Positions 1 to 12,440 of a stretch of DNA of 64,000 nt are shown in pieces. Below the pieces are notes generated by a model, which had not been told where the DNA came from, made no database searches, and saw only the letters and a list, made by a program, of their open reading frames with translations. Both the position numbers and the translations under genes were made by a program. The DNA is taken from assembly GCF_963921235.1 (NCBI RefSeq), contig NC_086108.1, positions 22,320,001-22,384,000 on the forward strand, written 5' to 3'. Each line of letters opens with the position of its first letter. The stretch's first letter is position 1. The DNA is from Mobula hypostoma. Taxonomy: Eukaryota.

Positions 1-770
1 ACTATGTTATTTATTTATGTAATTTGTAGTAACTTTATGTGTTTGCATTGTATTACTGCCACAGAACAAAAAATTTCATGTCATATATGCCAGTGATAGT
101 CAACCTGATTCTGACCACGTGCTGGAAAGTGGGTCATTAGCAGAACAATTGAAACTTGATGGCTCCAGGACACTGGGTTGAACTTCTGCAGCAAAGTCCT
201 AGAATAGCTATGAACTTTATCTATTATTCTGAGCCAATTGACTATGAATGAGGAATGACAGGAAATGTAATTTTCCTGTTGATTCTCATTTGCTTCAATT
301 TTACGAGGCCCTTGAATTCACAAAGCTGCCGAGAGATGAAAGATAGTAGCTTTCATCTAACCTCAGTAATTAAGCATTTTTGTGCGGGTAAATTCTGGAG
401 CATAGGCTTTCAGTCCTGTGGATTTTGTTCTGTGCTGGGGATTTCTTGATGTCAAGTTGAATCAAAGCAGTTAAATTATAATTCACCCAAGCTTGGTGAA
501 TTAATCATGTTTCTTAATGCTTCAGGTTTACCCTTTGAATTTTTGTGTTGACATCTATCATCTTTAAGAAGAGGGATGCTCGTGGGTTCTGGTTCATTAT
601 GAAATCACTAATTGGTCTGTATCATGCTGACTTTAACTGCATTCTGCAAACTTGTATTTTAACTTCACCATTCTCGTCTTTTAAATTAGTTATGTCTGAA
701 GTTGCTCCTATCATGGCCTATCCAGTCCTCGTTAAATCATTCTAACAGTTAATATTCACACTAATTATTT

Positions 771-3700
771 ACATAGAACATAGAATAGTACAGCACAGTA
801 CAGGCCCTTCGGCCCACAATGTTGTGCTGGCCCTTAAACCCTGCCTCCCATATAATCCCCTAATTTAAATTCCTCCATATATTCCTGTCTAGTAGTCTCT
901 TAAATTTCACTAGTGTATCTGCCTCCACCACTGGCTCAGGCAGTGCATTCCACGCACCAACCACTCTCTGAGTAAAAAACCTTCCTCTAATATCCCCCTT
1001 GAACTTCCAACCCCTTACCTTAAATCCATGTCCTTTTGTATTGAGCAGTGGTGCCCTGGGGAAGAGGCACTGGCTGTCCACTCTATCTATTCCTCTTAAT
1101 ATCTTGTTTACCTCTATCATGTCTCCTCTCATCCTCCTTCTCTCCAAAGAGTAAAGCCCTAGCTCCCTTAATCTCTGATCATAATGCATACTCTCCAAAC
1201 CAGGCAACATCCTGGCAAATCTCCTCTGTACCCTTTCCAATGCTTCCACATCCTTCCTATAGTGAGGTGACCAGAACTGGACACAGTACTCCAAGTGTGG
1301 CCTCACCATAGTTTTATAGAGCTGCATCATTACCTCGCGACTCTTAAACTCTATCCCTCGACTTATGAAAGCTGACACCCCATAAGCTTTCTTAACTACC
1401 CTATCTACCTGTGAGGCAACTTTCAGGGATCTGTGGACATGTACCCCCAGATCCCTCTGCTCCTCCACACTACCAAGAATCCTGCCATTTACTTTGTACT
1501 CTGCCTTGGAGTTTGTCCTTCCAAAGTGTACGGCCTCACACTTCTCCGGGTTGAACTCCATCTGTCACTTCTCAGCCCACTTCTGCATCCTATCAATGTC
1601 TCTCTGCAATCTTCGACAATCCTCTGCACTATCCACAACACCACCAACCTTTGTGTCCTCTGCAAACTTGCCAACCCACCCTTCTACCCCCACATCCAGG
1701 TTGTTAATAAAAATCACGAAAAGTAGAGGTTCCAGAACCGATCCTTGCAGGACACCACTAGACACAACCCTCCAATCTGAATGTACTCACTCCACCACGA
1801 CCCTCTGCCTTCTGCAGGCAAGCCAATTCTGAATCCACCTGGTCAAACTTCCCTGGTTCCCATGCCTTCTGACTTTCTGAATAAGCCTACCATGTGGAAC
1901 CTTGTCAAATGCCTTACTAAAATCCATGTAGATCTACTGCACTACCCTCATCTATATGCCTGGTCACCTCCTCAAAGAACTCTATCGGGCTTGTTAGACA
2001 CGATCTGCCCTTCACAAAGCCATGCTGATTGTCCCTGATCAGACCATGATTCTCTAAATGCCCATAGATCCTATCTCTAAGAATCTTTTCCAACAGCTTT
2101 CCCACCACAGATGTAAGGCTCACTGGTCTATAATTACCCGGACTATCCCTACTACCTTTTTTGAACAAGGGGACAACATTCGCCTCCCTCCAATCCTCTG
2201 GTACCATTCCCGTGGACAACGAGGACATAAAGATCCTAGTCAGAGGCTCAGCAATCTCTTACCTCGCTTTGTGGAGCAGCCTGGGGAATACTCTGTCTGG
2301 CCCCGGGGAATTATCCGTCCTAATGTATTTTAACAACTCCCAACACCTCCTCTCCCTTAATATCAACATGCTCCAGAACATCAACCTCACTCATATTGTT
2401 CTCACAGTCATTACGTTCCCTCTCATTGGCGAATACCGAAGAGAAGTATTCGTTGAGGACCTTGCTCACTTCCACAGCCTCCAGGCACATCTTCCCACCT
2501 TTATCTCTAATCGGTCCTACCTTCACTCCTGTCATCCTTTTGTTCTTCACATAATTAAAGAATGCCTTGGGGTTTTCCTTTACCCTACTCACCAAGGCCT
2601 TCTCATGCCCCCTTCTTGCTCTTCTCAGCCCTTCTTAAGCTCCTTTCTTGCTTCCCTATATTCCTCAATAGACCCATCTGATCCTTGCTTCCTAAACCCT
2701 CATGTATGCTGCCTTCTTCCACCTGATAGATTTTCCACCTCACTTGTCACCCATGGTTCCTTCACCCTACCATTCTTTATCTTCCTCACCGGGACAAATT
2801 TATCCCTAACATCCTGTAAGAGATCCCTAAACATTGACCACATGTCCATAGTACATTTCCCTGCAAAAACATTATCCCAATTCACACCTGCAAGTTCTAG
2901 CCTTATAGCCTCATTATTTTTCCTTCCCCAATTAAAAATTTTCCTGTCCTCTCTGATTCTGTTCTTTTCCATGATAATGTTAAAGGCCAGGGAGCGGTGG
3001 TCACTGTCCCCCAGATGCTCACCCACCGAGAGATCTGTGACCTGATCCGGTTCGTTACCTAATACTAGATCTAGTATGGCATTCCCCCTAGTCGACCTGT
3101 CAACATACTGTGACAGGAATCCATCCTGGACGCACTTAACAAACTCTGCCCCATCTGAACCCTTGGAACTAATCAGGTGCCAATCAATATTAGGGAAGTT
3201 AAAATCACCTATGATAACAACCTTGTTATTTTTGCACCTTTCCAAAATCTGCCTCCCAATCTGCTCCTCTGTATCTCTGCTGCTACCGGGGGCCTATAGA
3301 ATACTCCCAACAGAGTAACTGCTCCGTTCCTGTTTCTGACTTCTAGACATACTGACTCAAAAGAGGATCCTGCTATATTACCCACCCTTTCTGTAGCTGT
3401 AATAGTATCCCTGACCAGTAATGCCACCCCTCCTCCCCTTTCCCCCTCTCTATCTCTTTTAAAACACTTGGTTGGTGCAACTGTAACGAAACCCAATTTC
3501 CCTCAGGATCAATAAAGTATGTCTGTCTATCTATGAAATCCAGGAATATTGAGAATCCATTTCTGCCCTGGTGCCAGCCAAGTCTCTGTAATGGCCACGA
3601 CATCATAATTCCATGTATGTATCCAAGCTCTCAGTTCATCACCTTTGTTCCTGATGCTTCTTGCATTGAAGTACACGCACTTTAGCCCTTCTACCTTACT

Positions 3701-4210
3701 ACCTTTACACCCTTTATTCTGCTTCTCTTTCCTCAAAGCCTCTTTATATGTTAGATCTAGCTTTATTCCATGCACTATACTTGGCAGTTGTCGCATGACC
3801 TTTATCCTCCTCCACCTCACTATCTGCTCTAACACTCTGGTTCCCCTCGCCCTGCAAATCTAGTTTAACCCCCCTGGAGCAGCACTAGCAAACCTTCCGG
3901 CAAGGATGTTAGTCCCCTTCCAGTTCAGGTGCAACCTGTCCCGTCGAAACAGATCCCACCTTCCCTGCAACAAGGCCCAATTGTCCAGAAACATGAAGCC
4001 CTCCCTCCTGCACCAACTCCTTAGCCATGTATTTAGCTGCATTATCTTCCTATTTCTAGCCTTACGTGGCATGGATAGCAATCCTGAGATTGCAACCCTG
4101 AAGGTTCTGTCCTTCGACTTTGCACCTAACTCCCTAAACTCTCTTTGCAGAACCTCCTCCTCCTTCCTATCCTCGTCATTGGTCCCTACATGGACAACAA
4201 CATCTGGCTG
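771..4210 (-). mobile_element. CR1 LINE, long young copy: 3' part of ORF1 (SGNH esterase) and frameshifted ORF2 (APE endonuclease + RT)
   Basis: Fragments RDRLHLNWKGTNILA (ORF1 esterase), YFNARSI/VAITETW/GDFNFP/SDH (APE), PGNYRPVSLTSV, QGSVL and FAEDTK (RT), [14 protein letters not shown]. The (TTCTATG)n tail is at 771-785. Confidence 0.95.
3469..3534 (+). mobile_element. 66-bp 3' tail of a Rex1/Babar-type LINE inserted in the CR1 endonuclease region
   Basis: GCAACTGTAACGAAACCCAATTTCCCTCAGGATCAATAAAGTATG matches the reverse complement of the tail at 59001-59065; it splits the CR1 peptide NIPGF/(Q)CFKRDR. Confidence 0.75.
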
Positions 4211-4931
4211 TTATCTGGTTGATATTATTAGACCAATAGTTCCTAAATTATCTGCTTAACTTTTGTCTCTTGAATTCTTTCCATCTTCCTTTCACTCTTG
4301 TGTTTGCTTTTTCCCCTGTGCTTTTTGTACATTCACATCAAAAACACAGGGAGATGAGAAATAGAATTAGGAATCAGCCTTTTGTGCCTACTCTGCCATT
4401 CAGTAAGATCAAAAATGAAATTTTACTGCACTATCCTGTATCCTTCGATTCTGAATCCTTTATATCCAAAAGTCTATTTCTCTTGGCTGTGAATGTACTT
4501 GGTGACTTTAAGGCAGAGGATTCCATGGATTTGCTGAAATTTCCCTTTATCACAGTCCTGTGTGGCTGATTCCTTCTTCTGAGACTTCCCCCTGATTCTT
4601 AACACCCCACCAAGAGCAACATGTCTACATTTGCACTATTAGACATTCTCAGAAATCTGTTTTGATGAACTAGTTTTCTAAACTAAAGAGAGTTTGGGGC
4701 CAGTCTGTTGAATCTCTCCATGGGGCAATTCCCTCACACAATAAATCATTTTATTTGCTGGCTGTTGAAGATTTTCTTTGATCGTTGCTATTACTGATTA
4801 TCTGGACCTCGCTCCCTTTTCCACTGGGATTCCCCTTTCTCAGCCTGTTATCTGTCTTCTGTTCCTCGTCTTTGATTGTTATTCCTGCTCTTGTACACAC
4901 TTATATCTGTATCTTTATCCCCTTTTAAAAG

Positions 4932-5012
4932 ATGGAGCTGCAACTGAGATGTATCTCCATATCAGCATGGAACAACATCCTCCCACTATTCTTGAAGGTC
5001 TGGAATCACAAG
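4932..5012 (+). CDS. Candidate internal exon of the TOR1AIP gene (81 nt, phase 1-1)
   Basis: Long pyrimidine tract ending ccccttttaaaAG, donor CAAG|GTATTC. Open frame DGAATEMYLHISMEQHPPTILEGLESQ; unique sequence between two CR1 copies. Confidence 0.5.
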
Positions 5013-5198
5013 GTATTCGTATATCCAACTTCCAGTGAAACATTAATTTTCAATTATTTGCACACTTATGGCAAGTTTAAAATTGTGAATGTTTGTATGT
5101 TCTGACCTGGTGTCTACCCCATGTCCTAGTTCTTTTTGCCAGTTGAAAAAGTGGTATTGACATCTTCAGCTTGTCAGCTACCGTACCTGAACAATGTC

Positions 5199-6509
5199 CA
5201 TAGAACATAGTATAGCCAGTACAGGTCCTTCCACCCACAATGTTGTGCTGACCCATAAACCCTGCCTCCCATATAAACCCCCACCTGAAATTCCTCCATA
5301 TACTTGTCTAGTAGTCTCTTAAATTTCACTAGTGTATCTGCCTCCACCACTGACTCAGGAAGTGCATTCCATGCACCAACCACTCTCTGAGTGAAAAATC
5401 TTCCTCTAATATCAGCCTTGAACTTCCCACCCCTTAGCTTAAAGCCATGTCCTCTTGTATTGATCAGTGGTGCCCTGGGAAAGAGGCGCTGGCTGTCCAC
5501 TCTATCTATTCCTTTTAATATCTTGTATACCTCTATCATGTCTCCTCTCATCCTCCTTCTCTCCAAAGAGTAAAGCCCTAGCTCCCTTAATCTCTGATCA
5601 TAATGCATACTCTCTAAACCAGGCAGCATCCTGGTAAATCCCCTCTGTACCCTTTCCAATGCTTCCACATCCTTCCTATAGTGAGCCGACCAGAACTGGA
5701 CACAATACTCCAAGTGTGGCCTCACCGTTGTTTTATAGAGCTGCATCATTACCTCGCAACTCTTAAACTCTATCCCTCAACTTATGAAAGCTGACACCCC
5801 ATAAGCTTTCTTAACTACCCTATCTACCTGTAAGGCAACTTTCAGGGATCTGTGGACATGTACCTCCAGATCCCACTGCTCCTCCACACTACCAGGTATC
5901 CTGCCATTTACTTTGTGCTGTGCCTTGGAGTTTATCTTTCCAAAGTGTACCACCTCACACTTCTCCAGGTTGAACTCCATTTGCCACTTCTCAGCCCACT
6001 TCTTCATCCTATCAATGTTTCACTGCAATCTTCGACAATCCTCTGCACTATCCACAACACCACCAACCTTTGTGTCGTCTGCAAGCTTGCCAACCCACCC
6101 TTCTACCTCTACATCCAGGTCGTTAATAAAAATCACGAAAAGTAGGGGTCCCAGAACCGATCCTTGTGGGACACCACTAGTCACAATCCAACAATCTGAA
6201 TGTACTCGCTCCACCACGACCCTCTGCTTTCTGCAGGCAAGCCAATTCTGAATCCACCTGGCCAAACTTCCCTGGATCCCATGCCTTCTGACTTTCTGAA
6301 TAAGCCTACCATGTGGAACCTTGTCAAATGCCTTGCTAAAATCCATGTAGATCACAGCTACTGCACTACCCTCATCTATATGCCTGGTCACCTCCTCAAA
6401 GAACTCTATCAGGCTTGTTAGACACAATCTTCCCTTCACAATGCCATGCTGACTGTCCCTGATCAGACCATGATTCTCTAAATGCCCATAGATCCTATCT
6501 CTAAGAATC
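5199..6509 (-). mobile_element. CR1 LINE, 5'-truncated, same subfamily as 771-4210
   Basis: Near-identical to 771-2085; RT motifs YMDFSKAFDKV, PQGSVLGP, LADDTK. Confidence 0.95.
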
Positions 6510-7080
6510 CATGATGCCACATGCCTGGAATTGAGTGAAGTAACTATCTTGATGTTCTTTATGTGTGCTTAGATTGCCTTCTAGTAGAAGTCGCAAAAGT
6601 ATTACAATGAACTTAGATTTTTTTCCTTGAGGAGAAGCGAGATCCAACCAGGATCCCTTCATGGGGTATTGCTGAAAGAATGGCTATAGCGGGTTTGAAA
6701 AAAAGAAGATAAAAAGAAGAAAAGAAAAAAGACAAAAAAGGAGATCAATTTTTTCCCTAACTTTAAATAACATTAATTCTGATAGTGCGTGCAGAGCAGC
6801 TGGGATAGACTTCATTCATTTGGGCAATGGAAGTTGAAGGTGGTTTGCAAAAGGAACAGAAAGCTTTGGCAAGCAGAGTTTTGAAGAAGCAATCTGATCC
6901 TACACATGACCTACGGATTCCCTTAAAAGCTGTGTCTCTGCTGTGGGTGGGGGCAAATGGATCACAAGGAGAAGTGGAACCCTAAAACCCAGCATATAAT
7001 GTAACCAAATGACAGAAATCAGAACACTCACAACAGATGTCATACCATTTAGTAAGTATGGAAATTAAGTAACAAAATCA

Positions 7081-7595
7081 CAGTACTGTGCAAAAGTCTT
7101 TGGCATATATATATAGATAGGTTGCGTAAGACTTTTCCACAGTACTGCAGTAGTTTTATGTATTGCACTGTATTGCTACCACAAAAAGTAAGAAATTTTA
7201 TGACACATGTGAGTGATGATAAACCTGATTCTCATATGTTCTCTATTGTGAATGAGAGTGGGAAGTGGGCAGGAAAGGGAAACGGGAGGGGAGGGAAGCC
7301 CCAGAGAGACATTCTGCAATGATCAATAAACCAATTGTTTCGAATTAAATGACCTTGCCTGGTGTCTCAGGGTTGGGCATGGCTACACCCCCACCACCCC
7401 CTGACCCTGGCACGCCTTCTCTGCCACCTGTCCCCCACCCCTCCCGCGACAATTTGCCCTTGTTATTCCCAATGTCCTTTGTTCCCGCCTGATTTACAAA
7501 CTCATTATCTGCTCCAAGTTGACAAATACAGTCCTGTGCAAAACTCGTAGGCGCCCTAGCTATATATACGTGCCTCAGGGTTTCACACAGTACTG
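7081..7595. mobile_element. Composite Tc1/mariner-type MITE with two palindromic 67-bp ends
   Basis: 7081-7147 is CAGTACTGTGCAAAAGTCTT...AAGACTTTTCCACAGTACTG; an inverted copy at 7529-7595 is flanked by TA. Confidence 0.7.
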
Positions 7596-7640
7596 TAAAA
7601 AGAACATTTGTTTGTTGTGTTTGAATTAGTTAACTCACTT

Positions 7641-7930
7641 GGGCAACCCAGTAGCATAGCAGATAGTGTGATGCTATTTCAGCTCAGTATATTCTGAAGA
7701 TCGGAGTTCAATTCTGGCGCCATTCTGTAAGGAGTCTCTGTACGTCCTCCCTGTGGAATGTGTAGGTTTTCCCCAGCTGCTTCAGTTTCCTCCCACAGTC
7801 CAAAGACATACCGGTAGGTTAATGGTCATTGTAAACTGTCCTGTTGGGGTCACTTGGGTTGTGGGCTTGCTGAGGCAACATGGCTCAAAGGGCCATAAGG
7901 CCGACTCCTCATTGTATCACCAAATAAATC
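7641..7930 (+). mobile_element. tRNA-derived V-SINE (HE1-like)
   Basis: B-box-like GAGTTCAATTC; V-domain CAGTTTCCTCCCACAGTCCAAAGAC; related copies at 14759, 48925, 49234, 52580. Confidence 0.75.
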
Positions 7931-9580
7931 TCACCTAATAATATTTGATAAGAGTTTTCTACCGCCAAGTGTACACATAATTTTACTCTGAATGGATGTC
8001 AAATGCATCCTTTTCTTAATGTGTTCTTGTTCTGCTTTTATTGTTTTAAGTGTTTTTTAAAGAAAATTTGGCATAAGTAAATTACTCTGTTTGAAACCTG
8101 CACCTCTCATTATATCATCCATGTTTTCTCCCAGAGACATAGATGTCTAACAAGACATTTCACTTTAAATGTGTGTACGGTTGATAACTGGGAAAGCAAA
8201 CATTCAGTAGTCGGGCAGCTTCTGATATCTTTCACATAAAGCACTAACTTTCTATTTTTCCCACAGTTGCTGCCCAACGTGGTGAATGTTAGTATTGTTC
8301 ACTAATATATCAGTGGCATCATCACAAGCAACGTCCCAAAGATTTGCTAGTGCACTTGTGTATTGCATCCATTAATTAACATATAGTTGCTTCAATATTC
8401 GGAAAAACTTCCATATTTCCTCACAGATCAATGCTTTATGGATGCTCAACAATTCCATTCCCACCCCTAATTCATTTCCTTGTCGTCAGTTCTCTTTCAC
8501 ATACACGGCTGCTGTGCCATGTATTTGGGTTCTAATAATAATACAAATATACAGTACAGGTGTATTGTACTGGACAATTCAAAGAATGAGGGATAAAAAT
8601 TAGATGAAAATAGGCATCAGCTAAACCCTCAGCACAGAAATCGGCCCTTTCAGCCCACCTCATCCACACTGACTGAGATGCTTATCTACAGTAATTCCAT
8701 TTGCACATCATTGGCTGGTCCCCCTGTACAGGCTTGCTTTTCAAGTATCTGTCCATATGCTTTCTAAATGTTGTAATTTTATCTGATTCCACTGTGTTTT
8801 TGTTGTATGTCATTGGTCTGTCTCCACTTGTGTAACTTGATCTAATGGGTACATCTTGTAACCTGGCAATTCCCAGATTTTACGTGCTTTGGGAGTGCTC
8901 TCATTCTTTAACTGTCTCATTTCATTGTTTTCCTTCTTATTTTTCTCTTTCGTCCTCACGGCCCCAGTGAACCATTTGGCCTGATCACCTCTACAATTTA
9001 TCACCATTGCAACCCTGGCCTATCAGCGATATTCCCTCTGTCCTGTCCTCCTTGTCACACATTTTCTGCAACTTAAAATTAACCTATTCCCTCTCTTCAC
9101 ACAGTTCTGACACATAAACTCTTTTTCTCTTTCCACAGGTGCTGCCTGAACTGCTGTGTATTTTCTATTTATAGATTGGGTCCCAGGCAGCTGAAAGCTT
9201 GACTAATGAATGTAGGACAACTGTGGAGGGAATCCATAAAAGAACAAAACATCAAGGAATATAGGATTCCCAGAGTGATGCAAGGCTGGAGGAGGTTACA
9301 GGGAGAGGAAAGTGCGAGGCTCACGGGATAGATTTAAAATAAAAATAAGATTTTTAGGGTAACACTTCAATATAGCCATAACCTTGGTGCTTAAACTGGA
9401 AGATGGCTTGCAAGACTGCTTGGGTAACCTGTTTCTTGAATAGCTGCATTGATTTGGCTTGTTGGTTAAAGTGTGGGTAATGTACCAATCATTCACAACA
9501 CACTGGAAATTTCCATGCAGTTTTGTATGAGTTTGCAAATGTATCAGTATATTTAAAGGTTCTATTTCCTTTTCTTGCAG

Positions 9581-9637
9581 AACCAGAGAAGACAGACTGT
9601 TCAGATGATGTTGGCTTTGACACAGTGCTCACTGCAG
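9581..9637 (+). CDS. Candidate internal exon of the TOR1AIP gene (57 nt, phase 1-1)
   Basis: Acceptor tttccttttcttgcAG, donor GCAG|GTTTAC (weak). Open frame EPEKTDCSDDVGFDTVLTA. Confidence 0.6.
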
Positions 9638-10495
9638 GTTTACTATTTCTGAATTATCAGTATTCTGAAGCTTGTTCACTTTACATTTCTGTATCAGTAA
9701 CCTAGCTCTTGCAACTTTAAAGGTGTACCTTTGGCATGAAGATCAGGCAAACTGATTCATACGGCTAGGATTCAGTGCCCAACTGATGTTGGACAGAGTA
9801 GTCTATAAAAAAAAAATCCCTCTTTTGAGTTAACTTTCATCTTTCTTTGGGTTAACTATTAAGATACATATTGCTATTACACTTTATTTTTGTGAAGATG
9901 TGTCCAAAGCTCCCTTGAGTGGGAAAATTAAATGTCCCCACTGATTCTTGGGAATTCCTGGCCCATGACTTTTCAAAATGGAGGAGGAACACTTGGGATG
10001 ACATTATCCATGCATCAAGCGCATACAGAGCTTCTGTGTAAAAGCTGGAAGAAGTGCAACCACCTCAAAATGTACTCATACACCAGCTCAGGAGATGCTA
10101 ATTGGGCAGGTGTAGGGTAGCCGTGAGTAGAGTCTGTGGAAGAGTCAGCAATTCCCACAGTGGCCTCATCAGTCACCTCAGAAACCACAAATCAGGAGTC
10201 AAGCAAATCATCCTTGATCTTAAAGGTCTGCCTTTAAAATCATAAGTCATTGATAAACTAGCAGTTGAATATTTCTGTATTATTGGCATTAACTGATATG
10301 ATTTGTCTTAACTTGGTTATTAAGTAACTCCTTATCCAATAAATCATACAGCTAGTAGTTTCATGAAAATGAGTTTTTCTCAAAAGGTGAGTGACTCTTG
10401 TGACATAGTTCATGTTCAGGAACTAAAGAGGTTTCAGATAAATGGTTCTTCATGAGAACAACTTCTGGAATTATATGTTTGCAATCTGCTTTCAG

Positions 10496-10558
10496 ATGGG
10501 AACCAGGCTGAAGATGACAAAGAACTTGTGGCATCACTTGAGAGTCCTGCAGATGAAG
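10496..10558 (+). CDS. Candidate internal exon of the TOR1AIP gene (63 nt, phase 1-1)
   Basis: Acceptor tctgctttcAG, donor GAAG|GTAGTA. Acidic open frame DGNQAEDDKELVASLESPADE. Confidence 0.65.
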
Positions 10559-11396
10559 GTAGTATTCCTAAAAGTTAACCTGTACACAACATCCCAGTTG
10601 ACCATTACCAAGATTTGCCCCACCATCCCAAGGACAAAGGACAAAGCACAGCCATTGTTGTGACTTTTAGTTTTTCTCAAACTATTTCAGGTCTTCCAAT
10701 GTAAGCATTTTTGTTTTGTTTCCCTATTTCTCTCAATAAAATTCTGTGAATGAATGCAACCAGTTCAAGAAGGTGCCATGTCCTCAATCACTTTTAATGT
10801 CAAAAATAACCATTGTTGTGTACAGATCGACTTGAATTAGTAAATTGTGGTGTCATTCTTTCTAATCCAGTTGCAGAGAAATTGAGTAAGATAGTGTAAA
10901 CCAAGATTTGTGAATACTTTATTGTTGATCCTCTGCTAGTTAAGCTCCCTTATGTTGTATAACCTATGTCTTCTCAATAAAGCCTGTGCTTTGTCCTTTC
11001 TCCTTTGGGATGGTGGGGTGGTGGTGGGAGATTAAATCTGAGATCCTGGAAAACATTGCAGGTCAAAGGTTTGAGAAGGTGTTGCCAGACAAATGTGTGG
11101 TATAGTGGATCCCCTATTTTTTTTGATAACTACCCATGTGTTCTTTTTCCATCAACACATGTAATTAATGCATTAAGAATAGTCGGGTTCATTTGTAATT
11201 AGATTTCCAATGGAAGTTTAAACTGATTAATTGACAGGTTTAGTTTTCATGCACTTTCCAGATCTGTGGTCCAGTTATCTACCTGATCCTGAGCCAAGAA
11301 AGTAGCATCTGAATGGTTCTCCACTTACGGTTAATAAATACTTTTTCTGAGAGGGTTAATGAAGAGTTTAATTCAAAGGTAAATCTATACTACTTG

Positions 11397-12440
11397 GCAA
11401 CACACATGAAATGCTGGGGGAGCTCAGCAGGCCAGACAGCATCTGTGGAAGAAAGTACAGTCAATGTTTCAGGCCAAGACCCTTCGGTAGGACTGGAGAA
11501 AAAAAGCTGAGGAGTAGATTTAAAAGGTGGGGAGAGGGGAGAGAGAAACACCAGGTGATAGGTAAAACCTGAAGGGGGAGGGCTGAAGTAAAGAGCTGGG
11601 AAGATGATTGGTGAAAGAGGTACAGGGCGGGGGAGAAGGGGGAGTCTGATAGGAGAGAACAGAAGGCCATGGAAGAAAGAAAAGTGGGGAGCAGCACTAG
11701 AGGGAGGTGGAAGGAGATAAGGTAAGAGAGGGAAAAGGGGATGGGAAATGGAGAAGGGGGGGTTGGGGGAATTACCAGAAGATCGAGAAATCGATGTTCA
11801 TACCAGGTTGGAGGCTACCCAGACAGAATATAAGGTGTTGTTCCTCTAACCTGAGTGTGGCCTCATCACGACAGTGGAGGAGACCATGGATAGACATATC
11901 GGAATGGGAATGTGAAGTGGAATTAAAATGGGTGGCCGCTGGGAGATCCTGCTTTTTCTGGTGGATGGAGCATAGGAGTTTGGTGAGGTGGTCTTCCTAA
12001 ACTTGTTGAGTCTTACCGATATACAGGAGGCCACACTGGGAGCACTGGACACAGTCGATGTCCCCAACAGACTCACAGGTGAAGTGTAACTTCACCTAGA
12101 AAGTCTGTTTGGGGCCCTGAATGGTAGTGAGGGAGGAGGTGTAGGGGCAGGTGTTGCATTTGTTCCGCTTGCAAGAATAAGTGCCATGAGGGAGATCAGT
12201 GGGGAGGGACAAATGGGGAGGGAGTCGCGTAGGGAGTGATCCCTGTGGAAAGCAGAAAGTGGGGGGGAGGGAAAGATGTGCTTGGTGGTGGGATTCCATT
12301 GGAGATGGCGGAAGTTGCGGAGAATTATGTGCTGGATGTGGAGGCTGGTAGGGTGGTAGGTTCCTGTTAGAAATGGCGGAAGTCGTGGAGAATTATGTGC
12401 TAGATGTGGAGGCTGTTTCCCCATTGGAGATGGTGGAAGA
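11397..12440 (-). mobile_element. Penelope-like element, 3' part (GIY-YIG remnant and degenerate hammerhead tail)
   Basis: Minus-strand GTYSCKRNKCNTC and LLYIG motifs; shares its tail with 30470-30575 and 52940-53075. Confidence 0.8.

Noticed and set aside
2161..3045. 294-aa plus-strand ORF and similar ORFs opposite LINEs
   Set aside because: Antisense shadows of CR1/Rex ORF2.
10691..10700. 10-nt microexon (ttcAG gtcttccaat GTAAGC)
   Set aside because: Good-looking sites, but the length breaks the phase-1 frame; unsupported without transcripts.
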